64,000 bases of DNA from Candidatus Omnitrophota bacterium. Its GTDB lineage: Bacteria > Omnitrophota > Gorgyraeia > Gygaellales > Profunditerraquicolaceae. The notes beneath the pieces were generated by a model. That model was not told the DNA's origin. It was given only the letters and a program-made list of their open reading frames with translations, and made no database searches. Positions 38,117 through 47,820 of the stretch are shown one piece after another. The stretch is from assembly GCA_041650835.1 (NCBI GenBank), contig JBAZKL010000003.1, forward strand, positions 227,682 through 291,681. Direction: 5' to 3'. The translations under genes and the position numbers were made by a program. Within the stretch, counting starts at the first letter, position 1. The number at the start of each line of letters is the position of its first letter.

Positions 38117-41100
38117 TTATTCTATTATCAACGGCTCCTTAGCCGTAAAAGCGATCCTCGCAAGAGCAACCTGCAGGTCGCCCGCCGGCTTATCCGATTC
38201 CAACAAAGCCAGGAATTCCCTGAAAGCCGCTTCTGTAGGCTTAAGCTGATCCTCTTCTAACCGCAAGATATCCGCGATACAGGAAAGTACTTTATCTACC
38301 TGCGGATTAATATCGCCTTTAACGCAGCAAGCCTGCAAATATTCCTTGATCCTGTCGCTGGCAGGAATGATCCCCGCCTGGATCATGCCCTGTATCTGCT
38401 GCCATTCTTCATCGAGATCAATATTTTCCAGGCGGTTCAAAGGCGGCATAACGCTCATTCCGGGAGTATTCATCGGCTGCGTGACAATAGGGAGTGAGCG
38501 CATATCAATACCTCCCTTTTTAATCGGGCTTGAAGATCGCGGCTGTGCCGCACTTTCAGAAGCCGCTACGGCAGTATCGAGTTGCGCCGCTATCGGGCCG
38601 AAAGACCCGTCATTTGCATTGACGATAATAGATGGCGGCTCATTATCCGGCTTTACGTTTATTCTTCCGATGAGCATATACGGTGCTGACAACTTTAAAT
38701 TAGAGAAATCCCCCCATTGATTACTTAAAAATTCAAAAACATTCGGGAATATTTGATCATTTTCTAACGCCCCGCTGTCCCGTAATTGGGATGTCAATTG
38801 ATTGCAAGCTTTTGCTGTCATTGAACCAACCATGGAATAAAAAATATTCCATTTAGCGGCTACTTGAACTTTATCCTCGGCCTCATCCACTTCACGCGGA
38901 TTATCAACATATATGCCTATATCAATATCGCTGAATTCCGAATCATTGCTCCCTTTAATAGCTTTATCTTTAAGCCTGCCTCCGGTCATATAGATCCTTA
39001 TTTCTCCGGGGCGTTGAACACCTATGCTTATAAGATACTTCTGCGCTTCTTGCGCGATCAACTGCCCGGCCCTCAATAAATGATCGCCGCTAAAAACTGT
39101 AACAAAGCTGCGGGAGGAGTTCCTGACTACCGGATCGGAGGAATCCATCTGCTTCCGGGTGAACTCGAGCATATCCTGTATCCTGGTCTTCACCGCCGCC
39201 TCTTCCTCGGGAGTTACCCCTTCAAGAAATTCAGCATCTCCCGTATTTGCCATCGGGCTGCTGCTATGAACGCTATCGGTACGGAACATGGTAAACATAG
39301 TCCGCTTCGAGGCGTCGACATCCCAATCATCGACAATAAGCTGTATGACTTTAAGCCCGGGGACAAAGAATTTCCGGCTATCCACTGTATTAGCGATCAG
39401 GGCGATCCCGACATGCGACAAATGCCCCTCTATGCCGGACAAAAGGCGCTTATAATCGGTGTCGCCTATTTCATGAGCTCCGTCAAACTTGACCTGAGCA
39501 TCATAGACCGTATTAGGAGAATTAAAATAGACGAAATCATATTCACCGGAGAGCATGTCGAATTCCCTGCCGCGCTCGACTTTATGCACGAAAACTTCCG
39601 AATTCCTGCTCCCGGGAAAAAGCAGGTCAAGGTTAAACACCGTATTATCCACCGCTTCTTGAAGTATATCGATAGTGTCCAGATGGATCTTTAAATTATT
39701 GGATCTTGCCCAGGCATACGCCGTTAATACATCGACCCCGGTCCCTGAACCGATAACTAACACCCGGATATCGTCTCTGCCCGCAGCCCGTAAGTGCCGG
39801 GCGACAGCAGCCATCGCCCGGGGGCTTTGGATGAACCTGGAAGAATGTAAAGAAAGCCCGTAATCATTGACCGGAGAATATACCGCTTTATCGCGCGCGA
39901 TCACGCCTTTACCGGTCAGGGTCATTAAAAGGCGGTAGGCCTCAAGGTCATTTACTCCTCCGACGACCTGATAGCCGTTTTCATCTATTATTTTTTCCAA
40001 AGCAAGGATCTCCTGCTTTACCTGCCCCACCGGCCGGCGAAGGATCCTGCTCACATAGCCTGAGGCGATCGGCGAGCCGGCGGAACGGGTAGAAAAACGC
40101 TTTGCCCTCCTGAGCCATTCGGAAGGCTTCTTTTGATCATTCCCGTCGAGAACTTCCACAATTGCGGAATCTTTTGAATGCACCAGCAGGATATCACCCT
40201 GGCTGCCAAGCGCCTGCAGAAAGAGGTCCCCTTGCGCTGCTTTTTGCAATTGCTCTACGCCCAAATGTATCCCCGGAACACCATTTTCCGAGATAAGGAG
40301 CGATCTTTTTCCTTGCGGATCCCAAGCTTTGAGCTTATCCACTGCCCAGGCAAAATCATCCATGGAATTGGTGTCGACGACATACCCCAGATTGCCCTGG
40401 GGAGCGGCTACCACAAAACCATAAGTAGCGACGGGGTGGCTTTTATGATTACGAAACACGATGGTGATGCCCAATCCTTTATCAACAAACTCTATCTCAT
40501 CAAAAGCGTTTTTCTCGAAAGCGTCTTCAACCGGCTCATTCGCCAATAAATCCCGCGCCCCTTGCCGGGACAAACTTTGAGCCTCCTCAAGAGGAACGCT
40601 CTCCCAGGCCTCTGCGCCAAGCAGGTAAGCCGCGATGACCTCGCTTAATTCATCTCTTACTTCCCTGGTCATAATCAAGTCGAACGCATTGATCTCTTTA
40701 TTGGCATTTCGCACGATAAAACCGATATCATTACCTCTCCCGTTCTTTATCGCTTCCTTTTTTGCTTCAGCATATTTCTCAATGATGAACTGCACAAAGC
40801 CGGCATTATGGTCGGCGTGATTATGCGTCAGTATCCAGCGCGCGGGAAGTAAATTCCTTTTTTTGAGATTCGCGTACGCTTCAAGAGAAGGATCAACAAA
40901 AATACTTTCTTTCCCGACATTAATAAGGAAATTGGTCACGTCTTCTTCCGACAAGGCGTCATGAACGCCCATGAACGTGACCGAAACTTTATCCGCGGGC
41001 CGCAGCTGATACTCCTGGAGCTGCTCCCGGGTAAAATCGCCTGTTTTATGGATATGTTCATCGGTTGAAGTATCGCGCTTACGGGAGGCGACAGCGCGGG

Positions 41101-44100
41101 CTTCCGCTATATCCCCGAGCCGCTCTACAAACTTATAATTTTCACCGTCCTTAACGACCTCAACCGCCACATCTATGCCGTCTTTACCTAAGACCGTGAA
41201 TTCACTCCTGTTTTCTAAATTAATAATATTATACGGATTGTCTTTCTCCAGCGCCACCGCGCTCATGAGCGAAGAAACAAAACCGTTACTTTTCTTAATA
41301 GCGACATCCAGGATCATCTGTACCGCTAAAGCTTCCCGCGCGTTATTGACGATAATATAGGTCGGCCTGACAGCCAAATCGCTCACCAGCCGGAACCCTT
41401 GAGCCCTTAACGACGCTTCTTCTTGTGGCATAGGCGCGATCTTCATAGCCTCATAAAACAGGTTACCAAAAACAACAAACTGCAGGTCAGCGCCGTCATA
41501 GCCCTCTCCAAATTGAGGAATAATGATCTGGGGGGTTTCTTGTATTTTGTTGGTAAAAGAGGTTAGGCCGTTTGCGACCAGAAGTTTTGAAACCGTAAGG
41601 CTCTGGCGCGACTCCCCCTCCGCCTTATTTTGCAGCGGCGAAGCGGAAGTTCCCGCTGATAGAGCAGAGCCGGCGGCAAAGGATGGCTGTTGCAATAAAG
41701 CTTCTTGATAATCTTTCAAACTTTGGATATCATCCTTAAGCATTTCTCTATCAGATGTATCTAACGAATCGCCAAACTCGCGGGATATCCTTGCCAACGC
41801 TTTCTCAAGCTTATCAATGACACGTTTAACCTGTTCGGCTTTTAAAAGTTCTCCTTGATACATTGCTTTTGGCGGCCAGCTGTTTTGGTCATATACAAAC
41901 AAAGGCTCAAGATATTCATTTTTTAATTCGCGTAACCTGCTGATCGCGACAATTGCTTTTTCTTTCTGCACAACATCTCGTTCAACGCTTTGTACCGTTT
42001 CAAGCCTCGGGGCGCTTCCGTAAATCGAAGACTTATCTCCCATGCTCAATAAACCAGGATTAAACGCCCATTCGTTATTCAATCCGGACGGATTATCCTT
42101 ACCAAATTCGCTAAAAGAAACAAACCCATCAAATGAAACGCTTAAACTGCCTCTTCCTGCGGGTAAAATCACTAACCCAACCTCGGATGAACTTTCAATT
42201 TCAGGCTCAAACTGGTCCGCAGCTGCGTCAATAATAAACCACTGAGCCCCCACTCTGAATAATCCATACGCATGATAACCCGGCTCTCCCTTATTTTTTC
42301 CCGTATTAAGCAAAACCGCGTTTTCTTTACCAAGGGCTTCCTGCAGCCACTGAATAACATCCCCGTTCCTGATCCAGCAGTCATAGCGCACCGCGCTGCC
42401 GACATCCCCATCTCTCGAATAAGCCTCTAATTTATCTTTTGTTTCTAATTTTTCTTTTACTGCCTTAAGCGCAGCCAATATCTTATCCAACGATAATTGA
42501 TCAATCCCTTTTAAAAGATCTCCCCAGCGCGCCATAAAATTATCCGGGGTAACCTTAACTCCCCGCAAAAAGTTCCCAAATGTTTGCCAATCAAGGGACG
42601 CCTCAGCAGCCTCAAAAGAAGCATTAACCGGCGAACCGGCAGAAACCTGGTTATCAACAGGGGAAGAAGCATTCTTTACGGCAAGATTGGAATAAACCGT
42701 ATCAAACAAACCGCCGGCATTAACAACGCTATCGACATATCCCGCGGGCGCCTTATCTGCCGGCTCGAACATGGCATCAATTGCCGAAGCAAGTTCGCGT
42801 ATGCTTTTTTTCAGTATTTCTCTTTCCTGAGATTGTATGGCATAAAAACCCTCCAATGCCTCAGCGATCGCCGCAGGGTCATCTTCGGCTTTCCCTGAGT
42901 CTTCAAGATAACCCTGGACATATTCTTCTTTTGTATGAGAGGCGTCGTAATCAAAAAATGAATACCCGATATCTTTTTCGGACAGCATTGTATCTCCCGC
43001 GTTATAGGTCTGCAGGAAATGATGGTCCGTAGTTACCGAATCACACACTTTATGGATTATTGCCAGCCCCGCGGCATACCGCGAAACAAAATCATCCAGG
43101 ATTATTTGGGCGGCGGTTTTTGAAGCACCTAGTGGCTGCCGCTGCTTTTCCAATACGGAGCATTTTTCCATAAAAAAGTCCTTAAAGCGCCAAAGCTCGG
43201 CGATCCGCCAGGGAGCGGCAGAGGCATAAACAAACAACCTCATGCGCCAGATATACGCATTCCAATCTCCCGAATAATCACCCGTACGAAAGGAGAGCTC
43301 CGGGAAATCCGAAAGCGGGACCAAAAACACGCCTGACGGCCCCTGCCCTTGGGTTACTTCCCAATACCCGCCCTTCTGCTGCGCCTGCCGTAAACGCAGA
43401 TCGCTGCTTAAATCTTCGTCGTTATTGCCGCTCTTATCTATCGAATCAATGATTATCTGCAGGGGGGAAATATTTAACGCGGGGGAGAAAAATATATCAT
43501 CGGCAACGACTTGCGCTTGGCCTTGTTCCCGAGCCGTCAGCCGCACTTTTTCTAAACCTTCCTGAAAGAGCCGGGCCTTCTCTGCCTGACGGATAACCTC
43601 CTCATTCATCACGCTTCCCTCGATCACATTATCGGCGTTTCTCTCGCGTAGCTCAAAGCGCACGCGCCCTTGCGTATTAGCGCCGCCGCCTTTAACGCTC
43701 ACGAATGGTTCACCGTCGCCTTCTTCATAGGGCGTGCTTTCTACGCGCTGCTGGAGGCCTCCCATCTTACTATATACCTGCAATGAAAAACAGAGCCCAT
43801 CGGCATACCCAAGGCCGGGAGGTATTTGATGGAGCCGTTTAAGCGCTTCAAAAAGCTTAGCGTTGCCTTGAATAATAACACTGCCGTCAGGCCCCTTAAA
43901 ATCAGAGATAGGAATGACCACGCCTTTTCGCACGGCGTCCCTGATCGCGGCGGTATTGTAATAATTCTCAACTTTCCCCAGGGTATAGATATTCTCGGGG
44001 ATCACCTCATGCCCGGCAATGATCAATTCTCTATAGGCCTGAGCGGAAACAACAGGGTCTTCGTTAGCGATCCGCGCGATAATTTCATTAAGTTTATCGA

Positions 44101-46507
44101 CCGTTTTACTGCCCAAAGGAGAAGACGCCTTTTCGGGTACCGACAGCGGTGAAGAACCCTTCTTTATTTTTGCCCCCGGCTTTGCCAAAGGCTTAACCGC
44201 GGCCTTTACCGGTTTTTTAACGGGCGCCTTGACGGAAGCCTTAACTGCTTTCGCGGCCGCGGGGCGCTTTGCCGCAACGGGAGCAACTTTCGCGGGAGAT
44301 TGTTTTGCCGGCGGCTTAACGGCATTATTTGCCGCCGCGGGGGGTTTCTGCTGAACAGAGGCCCCCCGCGCGTTCTTTAAACTCGCTTCAACTACGGTGC
44401 CGATAACAACATAATCACTGGTTTCCTTCGGGATCTTCTTGTTCCAGATGGTCCCAAAACCAGCGTTATAAACAGCCAAGCTCAGCTGTAAACGGGAAAG
44501 ATGCGGGAATTTTTTAATGAGGACATTAACATACCTTTGCACCCTGAAGCAGTAAATGGCCGCGCCTAATTCATAATGTGCTTTCGCGGGAAGTTTATCC
44601 ATCATCGCCCCGAAGGGATCTTGCTGTTGAGGGTTATTTTTCAGTTTTTTATATATATCGGCGTATTTTTGTAACGGCTTTAAAAGCTTATACGCTGACT
44701 TTTCCTCACTCGTCATTTTATTTTCTTTTTTCTCTTTATCATTCTTTTCTTTTTGTTCCAATTCATCTACGAACCTCATTAAGTCCCTGAAAGCTATTTC
44801 CCTGATCTGCATCAACCCCTTTGCCCCCTTGCCTGAGGTAGCGGTGAGGGACTGCGTTGAGTTTTCAATACCGGCAATGATCTCCAGATGCACAGGCTGT
44901 ACCTCTTGGTTGATCGCATTGCCTGACTTGCCTTTTTCTACCATATTCCTGAAAACTGCCCGGGCTTCATTCGGCAGCTTGCGGTTATTTACCATGCCGA
45001 TAACCGTTTGGGCCCTCTGCCGGGTGGCTATGTCCATTACGCTAAAGCTATTCGCGGGCAAAGCGGCAGCGCCTGACTGCGGCACGGGCCTTCTCAGTAT
45101 TTGATTATTTTTACCTGCCTGTTCGGCGATCGGCGCGGGAGAAAAAAGCACAGCGAGAAATAACCCGATCGCGGTAAGCTTTTTAAACTGATCGCCTATG
45201 TTTTCTAAAAATGTTTTTTGGCGTTTGTCAGGCGAACGGGAAATCGCGGAAGAACTCGCATTTGCTCCCTGAGGCGACGTATCGGGCTGTTCTATAAATA
45301 CAGGAACATCGCTTTTTAATTCAATTCGGGCCGATGGATCTTCCAATGTCCCGCCTTCCGCGAAAAATGATATGCCTTTATCATTGAAGCGGGCCAGAGG
45401 AGAACTGCCGGCGCGCGAATGCCCGACGATCGAAGACACCACAGGTGACGACGCTCCCGGGGCAGGCACCTGAAAATCGGTCAAATTCATCCCTCCGGAA
45501 AAGTAACTTCTGATCGATCGCCCCATAGGCGTAGCAACGGGGATCTTAAGATTATATTCTCCGTCTTTAAACGACCGCCGGTATTCATTAAAATAGGTGC
45601 TCTTTGACCAGGGGACCCGAGAAGACAACCCGTTTAAATTCTTTTTGTCGATCATCCAGGAATAAAGGCCGCCCTTGCCGTAAAAACGCGCTTTAAACCA
45701 TTGCGCCATGATCAATGAATAATATACCTGCCGCAAAGGCGCGTATCGTTTGGCTGTATTAACCTCTTTAGTGATTTTAGGAAGGATCTTTTCTCTGATA
45801 AGCGCTGAAGCGTATTCGTTTAAGGATTTAAGCCGTTCATCCTCAAAATTGTAAACGCTGGAGCCTTTGAGGTAATCCTGCTCCAGCATTACCTTAAGCG
45901 TTGCTTTATAGATATAGGCGTTATCGTCGGCCTCGCGGATAATGATCTCATGAGGGACGATCCACGGCCTGGTTAAGGTGGGAATGTTTATATTGTCCGC
46001 GCCTAAAAGTTCTTCCGCCTTTTTATATAATTTATCCCAGTATTCTTTTCCTTCGGGTGTTTCAGGCGAAGTATACTGCGCGGTATCCTTTTTAAGCTGC
46101 AGGTCCGCTTCCAGCAGTACCTTGCCGAGGTCGGTCCTCGCCAAAAAGGGGTCGATTATATTATCTTCGGCGTCCGGGCGTAAATTGACCCAGAATGAAT
46201 CATTAGGCAGGCTGATACCGATAAAGAAATAATTCAAAAGTGTTTTAGTCGTGTCTTCAAGGGAAGGCTTGTTTAAATTCCCGGCGTCGCCTTTATCCAG
46301 CAAAAGGTTAAAATTGTTATTCAGATTATCATACGAGAGGTAGCGTAAATGTAAGGGCCGGAATTTATCCTGAATAATTGAATTACGCAGCTGCGCGAAA
46401 TGGCCGGAAATATCCAACTGTCCGGAAACTTGCGCTAAACCGGTCTGCTCAAAGAAGAAACAAAAACAAAGCAAAAGCGAAATAAATTTAAATAATTTAT
46501 TTTTCAC
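38117..46507 (-). CDS. giant secreted multidomain protein (2796 aa): signal peptide; SLT lytic-transglycosylase domain; Ala/Pro/Lys-rich linker; Cys/His/Asp module; MBL-fold domain; NPPY-like SAM methyltransferase domain; Pol-beta-type nucleotidyltransferase domain
   Basis: Single uninterrupted frame. GLMQI (aa~564) and AVYNAG (aa~678) SLT motifs; PAKVAPVAAKRPAAAKAVKASVKAPVKKPVK linker (aa~715-800); YDCW...YHAYG...IIDAAAD (aa~1377-1427); THNHADH (aa~1895); VLVIGSGTGVDV + DFVYFNSPN (aa~2250-2332); TGGRL-x14-SDIDIGIYVD (aa~2508-2534). Confidence 0.8.
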   Translation of the reverse strand: MKNKLFKFISLLLCFCFFFEQTGLAQVSGQLDISGHFAQLRNSIIQDKFRPLHLRYLSYDNLNNNFNLLLDKGDAGNLNKPSLEDTTKTLLNYFFIGISLPNDSFWVNLRPDAEDNIIDPFLARTDLGKVLLEADLQLKKDTAQYTSPETPEGKEYWDKLYKKAEELLGADNINIPTLTRPWIVPHEIIIREADDNAYIYKATLKVMLEQDYLKGSSVYNFEDERLKSLNEYASALIREKILPKITKEVNTAKRYAPLRQVYYSLIMAQWFKARFYGKGGLYSWMIDKKNLNGLSSRVPWSKSTYFNEYRRSFKDGEYNLKIPVATPMGRSIRSYFSGGMNLTDFQVPAPGASSPVVSSIVGHSRAGSSPLARFNDKGISFFAEGGTLEDPSARIELKSDVPVFIEQPDTSPQGANASSSAISRSPDKRQKTFLENIGDQFKKLTAIGLFLAVLFSPAPIAEQAGKNNQILRRPVPQSGAAALPANSFSVMDIATRQRAQTVIGMVNNRKLPNEARAVFRNMVEKGKSGNAINQEVQPVHLEIIAGIENSTQSLTATSGKGAKGLMQIREIAFRDLMRFVDELEQKEKNDKEKKENKMTSEEKSAYKLLKPLQKYADIYKKLKNNPQQQDPFGAMMDKLPAKAHYELGAAIYCFRVQRYVNVLIKKFPHLSRLQLSLAVYNAGFGTIWNKKIPKETSDYVVIGTVVEASLKNARGASVQQKPPAAANNAVKPPAKQSPAKVAPVAAKRPAAAKAVKASVKAPVKKPVKAAVKPLAKPGAKIKKGSSPLSVPEKASSPLGSKTVDKLNEIIARIANEDPVVSAQAYRELIIAGHEVIPENIYTLGKVENYYNTAAIRDAVRKGVVIPISDFKGPDGSVIIQGNAKLFEALKRLHQIPPGLGYADGLCFSLQVYSKMGGLQQRVESTPYEEGDGEPFVSVKGGGANTQGRVRFELRERNADNVIEGSVMNEEVIRQAEKARLFQEGLEKVRLTAREQGQAQVVADDIFFSPALNISPLQIIIDSIDKSGNNDEDLSSDLRLRQAQQKGGYWEVTQGQGPSGVFLVPLSDFPELSFRTGDYSGDWNAYIWRMRLFVYASAAPWRIAELWRFKDFFMEKCSVLEKQRQPLGASKTAAQIILDDFVSRYAAGLAIIHKVCDSVTTDHHFLQTYNAGDTMLSEKDIGYSFFDYDASHTKEEYVQGYLEDSGKAEDDPAAIAEALEGFYAIQSQEREILKKSIRELASAIDAMFEPADKAPAGYVDSVVNAGGLFDTVYSNLAVKNASSPVDNQVSAGSPVNASFEAAEASLDWQTFGNFLRGVKVTPDNFMARWGDLLKGIDQLSLDKILAALKAVKEKLETKDKLEAYSRDGDVGSAVRYDCWIRNGDVIQWLQEALGKENAVLLNTGKNKGEPGYHAYGLFRVGAQWFIIDAAADQFEPEIESSSEVGLVILPAGRGSLSVSFDGFVSFSEFGKDNPSGLNNEWAFNPGLLSMGDKSSIYGSAPRLETVQSVERDVVQKEKAIVAISRLRELKNEYLEPLFVYDQNSWPPKAMYQGELLKAEQVKRVIDKLEKALARISREFGDSLDTSDREMLKDDIQSLKDYQEALLQQPSFAAGSALSAGTSASPLQNKAEGESRQSLTVSKLLVANGLTSFTNKIQETPQIIIPQFGEGYDGADLQFVVFGNLFYEAMKIAPMPQEEASLRAQGFRLVSDLAVRPTYIIVNNAREALAVQMILDVAIKKSNGFVSSLMSAVALEKDNPYNIINLENRSEFTVLGKDGIDVAVEVVKDGENYKFVERLGDIAEARAVASRKRDTSTDEHIHKTGDFTREQLQEYQLRPADKVSVTFMGVHDALSEEDVTNFLINVGKESIFVDPSLEAYANLKKRNLLPARWILTHNHADHNAGFVQFIIEKYAEAKKEAIKNGRGNDIGFIVRNANKEINAFDLIMTREVRDELSEVIAAYLLGAEAWESVPLEEAQSLSRQGARDLLANEPVEDAFEKNAFDEIEFVDKGLGITIVFRNHKSHPVATYGFVVAAPQGNLGYVVDTNSMDDFAWAVDKLKAWDPQGKRSLLISENGVPGIHLGVEQLQKAAQGDLFLQALGSQGDILLVHSKDSAIVEVLDGNDQKKPSEWLRRAKRFSTRSAGSPIASGYVSRILRRPVGQVKQEILALEKIIDENGYQVVGGVNDLEAYRLLMTLTGKGVIARDKAVYSPVNDYGLSLHSSRFIQSPRAMAAVARHLRAAGRDDIRVLVIGSGTGVDVLTAYAWARSNNLKIHLDTIDILQEAVDNTVFNLDLLFPGSRNSEVFVHKVERGREFDMLSGEYDFVYFNSPNTVYDAQVKFDGAHEIGDTDYKRLLSGIEGHLSHVGIALIANTVDSRKFFVPGLKVIQLIVDDWDVDASKRTMFTMFRTDSVHSSSPMANTGDAEFLEGVTPEEEAAVKTRIQDMLEFTRKQMDSSDPVVRNSSRSFVTVFSGDHLLRAGQLIAQEAQKYLISIGVQRPGEIRIYMTGGRLKDKAIKGSNDSEFSDIDIGIYVDNPREVDEAEDKVQVAAKWNIFYSMVGSMTAKACNQLTSQLRDSGALENDQIFPNVFEFLSNQWGDFSNLKLSAPYMLIGRINVKPDNEPPSIIVNANDGSFGPIAAQLDTAVAASESAAQPRSSSPIKKGGIDMRSLPIVTQPMNTPGMSVMPPLNRLENIDLDEEWQQIQGMIQAGIIPASDRIKEYLQACCVKGDINPQVDKVLSCIADILRLEEDQLKPTEAAFREFLALLESDKPAGDLQVALARIAFTAKEPLIIE

Positions 46508-46743
46508 TTTATTGGGCTCGCCTTCCCTGACTGACTGCCGTGCAGGCAGCGTGGCATAGTAAAAGCTTATAAAATTTTTATACCTCGATGTTTATTGTTG
46601 GTTTATCAGCCTTAAGAAAAGTATGCAATAATAAGGAAGGGAATTACCAGTTTTTTCGACGAGAAATTGAAAGCGCTTTCAGGAATTTTACAAGAAAAAC
46701 GCAGAATCGTGAGGTCACAGGTCGCAAGTAGTCAATAATTCCA

Positions 46744-46914
46744 AGATATGGTGTGAACGGGTCCTGACTTGGCTGCTTTCCTCGCAGGGACGCTCGTTTT
46801 GCCCCTGCGAGGCAAAACTTCGCTCAGGTCGGCTGCGTCGCTCTGCCCGACTTCGTTGTAGAGGGGCATCCATGCCCGCTCCTTGCCTTTATGCCCTGCT
46901 CGGGAATCAGCCAA
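46744..46914 (-). ncRNA. candidate structured RNA / IR-flanked element between rsmI and the giant gene; contains SRP-RNA domain-IV-like motif
   Basis: 20-bp terminal inverted repeats (GTGAACGGGT-GACTTGGCTG). Internal perfect hairpins CCTCGCAGGG/CCCTGCGAGG and TTTTGCC/GGCAAAA. Minus-strand CCCUGCGAGGAAAGCAGCCAAGUCAGG resembles the bacterial 4.5S consensus UCCGGAAGGAAGCAGCCAAGGCAG. Confidence 0.3.
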
Positions 46915-47100
46915 GTCACCCGTTCACTAATAAAAACACTGAGGGCACTGGAGACTGGGACACCCGGTAAACAGGGAATCCGGGTAAAAAAGCGACTTGA
47001 GCAAACAATCCAACAGGGGCATTTTGGGTAAGTTCAAGATAAACAAATAGTAAAGGGAGATCCGAGGATCAGTGAATCGGGAATACTGTGACTGGGACGA

Positions 47101-47754
47101 TCAAATAATAACTACGAACTCGCCGCGGGGCCTTTGCAGGGTAAACTGTTCTAAAAGCGTGCTTGCCGGGCCGCGTTTTACCTCTTCGAACTTCTTTGTA
47201 AGTTCGCGCGCCAGGACTACCTCTTTTTCGCCGAAGATGTCCCGGATATCCGCAAGAGTCTTTAAAATACGGTGGCAGGATTCATAAAAAATGATCGTGC
47301 ACTCCAAAGCAGAAAGCTCTTTGAGCCGGTTATGGCGGGAAACCGATTTATTGGGAAGAAAACCTTCAAAAAAGAACCTATGGCTGGGCTTGCCGGAAAG
47401 TACCAGCGCGTTAACAAAAGCCGTAGGACCGGGGATACAGGTAATTTCTATATTATTCTCTAATGCCGCGTTAATGAGGTTATAACCGGGATCGAGGATA
47501 CCGGGAGTCCCGGCATCGCAGACCAGCGCGATATTTTTCCCGTCTCTGAGCAAACCAAGAAGATACTCGCCCTTAATGATCCGGTTATGCTGGTAATAGC
47601 TGGTGGTCGGGACATGGATATCATAATGATTAAGTAAAATTTTAGTGTGGCGGGTATCTTCGCAGGCGATCAGGTCGGCTGATTTTAAAACTTCCAGCGC
47701 GCGTAAAGTTATATCCTTGAGATTGCCTATGGGGGTAGAGACGATATAAAGCAT
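47101..47754 (-). CDS. rsmI: 16S rRNA (cytidine1402-2'-O)-methyltransferase
   Basis: 217 aa; MLYIVSTPIGNLKDIT...ACEDTRHT tetrapyrrole-methylase fold motifs. Confidence 0.8.
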   Translation of the reverse strand: MLYIVSTPIGNLKDITLRALEVLKSADLIACEDTRHTKILLNHYDIHVPTTSYYQHNRIIKGEYLLGLLRDGKNIALVCDAGTPGILDPGYNLINAALENNIEITCIPGPTAFVNALVLSGKPSHRFFFEGFLPNKSVSRHNRLKELSALECTIIFYESCHRILKTLADIRDIFGEKEVVLARELTKKFEEVKRGPASTLLEQFTLQRPRGEFVVII

Positions 47755-47820
47755 CGTTGTATTCGTTATTATCGTTAGTTTCGTTATTGTCGTTTAATTC
47801 GTTAAACGAAATTAACGATC
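47755..47820. repeat. TAACGA(N2) octamer repeat leader immediately 5' of rsmI start codon
   Basis: Minus-strand: ...TAACGAATTAAACGACAATAACGAAACTAACGATAATAACGAATACAACG-ATG. Confidence 0.7.

Noticed and set aside
46900-46990. Possible cobalamin riboswitch (GGGCACTGG ... AGGGAATCCGGG resembling B12-box and AGGGAA/GGTGAAAATCC elements)
   Set aside because: Order of the elements is wrong for the B12 riboswitch, no downstream plus-strand gene to regulate, and matches are short; retained only as part of the structured-element finding
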